DNA of 63,172 nt, filler included, from Reclinomonas americana ATCC 50394 (lineage: Eukaryota), in NCBI GenBank assembly GCA_048213135.1. It is 49 parts of 49 records of this genome, joined end to end, with 100 filler letters (N's around TTAATTAATTAA, not from the genome) between each part and the next. Parts side by side here need not be neighbours in the genome. Positions count along the whole stretch, not along the records: positions 61,989 to 63,172 come from AFZH01026205.1; 48 more parts are not named here. The stretch is one strand, 5' to 3'. Of the stretch, positions 62,028 through 63,172 are shown piece after piece. Both the position numbers and the translations under genes were made by a program. The notes under the pieces were generated by a model that searched no databases, had not been told where the DNA came from, and saw only the letters and a program-made list of their open reading frames with translations. The first letter of the stretch is position 1, and each line of letters begins with the position of its first letter.

Positions 62028-62934
62028 GGCACTGAAGGAGGCCGCGCCTCAGGTAGCGTAATTGAGTGCCTGCTTTGGTAGAGAGTCGTGACTGACTTGT
62101 GTTGGCGAAGGGTGTCGACTGCATCTTTGAGAATGTCGGTGGCGAGATGTTTGGTTTGTGCTGCTGCAGTCGAGATCGTAACGTAGCACTCGACTCACAT
62201 GCTGGGGGAGCAGACGCGATTCTGCAGCATGCCAACAATTTTGCGCGTGTCGCGCTGTGTGGCCTCATCAGTGCCTACAACGACGCTGCGCCGACTGTAC
62301 TTCGTTGCGTCGGTGTTTGAAGTGAATTGAGGGAGCGGTTGTGCTTACTAGATGCTATCAGGCGACGTTCGTCCACTGTTGGTCAAGCGCATTCGTCTGG
62401 AGGGGTGAGTCCCAAGTGCTGTTGAGACGCTGGTCGTCGCCGGACGAATGATTGTTTGACATGTGCATGCCACAGCTTTATCTGCAGTGACTCGATCGCC
62501 AAGTTGCGTCCTTTTCTTCCATGTGAAATTGTAGATTGATGCTCAGTCGTCGTGGTGTGCAGGTGGCCGGGCTGGTTGCGACAACTGGGTCAGTGGATTT
62601 TGGAGGGCAAGCTGCAGTACGAGGTGCCGTGTCACACGCTCTGCGTGTCGTACAAGCAGCGAGTCCTGACTTGATTTATTTCTGGTAGGTGGACGTGGTG
62701 CCTGGATTGCACAATGCACCAAAGGCGCTGCGTCGCCTGTACATGCCGGGTGATCGTGCGCCTGGCAAGTTGGTCGTCAAGGTCTCATTATCTGTTTCTA
62801 TTGGGAACTGTACCTGCCCGTGTCTCACTCTTCTTCGTTCACGCCAGGTTGCCGACGAGGACAGCGGATTTGTGACAGATGCCGCTGAGCGCGAGGAAGA
62901 ACGCCGCCTTCGCGAAGAGGACGGTCGCGAGTGA
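62028..62934 (+). CDS. NADP-dependent oxidoreductase (PTGR1/alkenal reductase type), 3' part with seven short introns
   Basis: ALKEAAP/GVDCIFENVGG, ARVALCGLISAYN, LLVKRIRLEG/F, GKLQYE, GLHNAPKAL...GKLVVK. Confidence 0.9.
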
Positions 62935-63007
62935 GAACGCTGTTTGCCTCCTCCTTTGTGTTGCAGCTCAATGGAAACCGTCGTTGCGATGAGCACTTTC
63001 ACTGTTT

Positions 63008-63124
63008 CTATCTCCCTTCATCGTCGGCACTGTATGGAGTCGTGCCAGTGATTTCTGCGTTGCAGAAGGGACACGTGTTGAAGTTCTCTCGGTGACGCTC
63101 GACGCATCGTGTGCAGCATGCGTG
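63008..63124 (-). CDS. RING-finger C-terminal exon of a convergent gene
   Basis: HACCTRCVERHRENFNTCPFCNAEI...* after a CAG acceptor; not present in the supplied ORF track. Confidence 0.7.
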   Translation of the reverse strand, partial: HACCTRCVERHRENFNTCPFCNAEITGTTPYSADDEGR

Positions 63125-63172
63125 CTGTGGGCATCGCAGAAAGGGATGAGCGACAATGGCAAGTCGAGCGAC

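Overview
This window is not contiguous DNA. It is about 49 unrelated short contigs (roughly 1185-1198 bp, in near-descending length order) joined by artificial 100-bp linkers (44 N + TTAATTAATTAA + 44 N), so adjacency across linkers has no biological meaning. Most contigs are fragments of intron-containing genes from a GC-rich, microsatellite-rich, gene-dense, probably flagellated microbial eukaryote. Recognisable families are Amt, SLC52-like, YccV/HspQ domain, neutral ceramidase, NDP-glucose 4,6-dehydratase, ABCB, RRP12, ALG1, PITH, G3BP, IFT144/WDR19, two TMEM260-like starts, AP-2 mu, RAD1, formin, PCID2, syntaxin, SCP phosphatase, UROD, RBR ligase, TM9SF, PLD3, INO80 and a PTGR-like reductase. 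Two contigs look bacterial: an alphaproteobacterial-type Csu/SCPU pilin with an autotransporter pseudogene, and an actinobacterial-type signal peptidase I with a DUF4012-like gene. Two contig pairs look like allelic assembly bubbles. The most interesting signals are a perfect terminal (TCAAGGG)n array that looks like a non-canonical telomere added onto coding-like sequence, a Crinkler-type P-loop NTPase, a TAATG stop/start overlap between two eukaryotic genes, a gate-divergent ammonium transporter, and exon-per-domain cadherin-like and Ig-like surface proteins. All family calls come from remembered motifs, not database searches.
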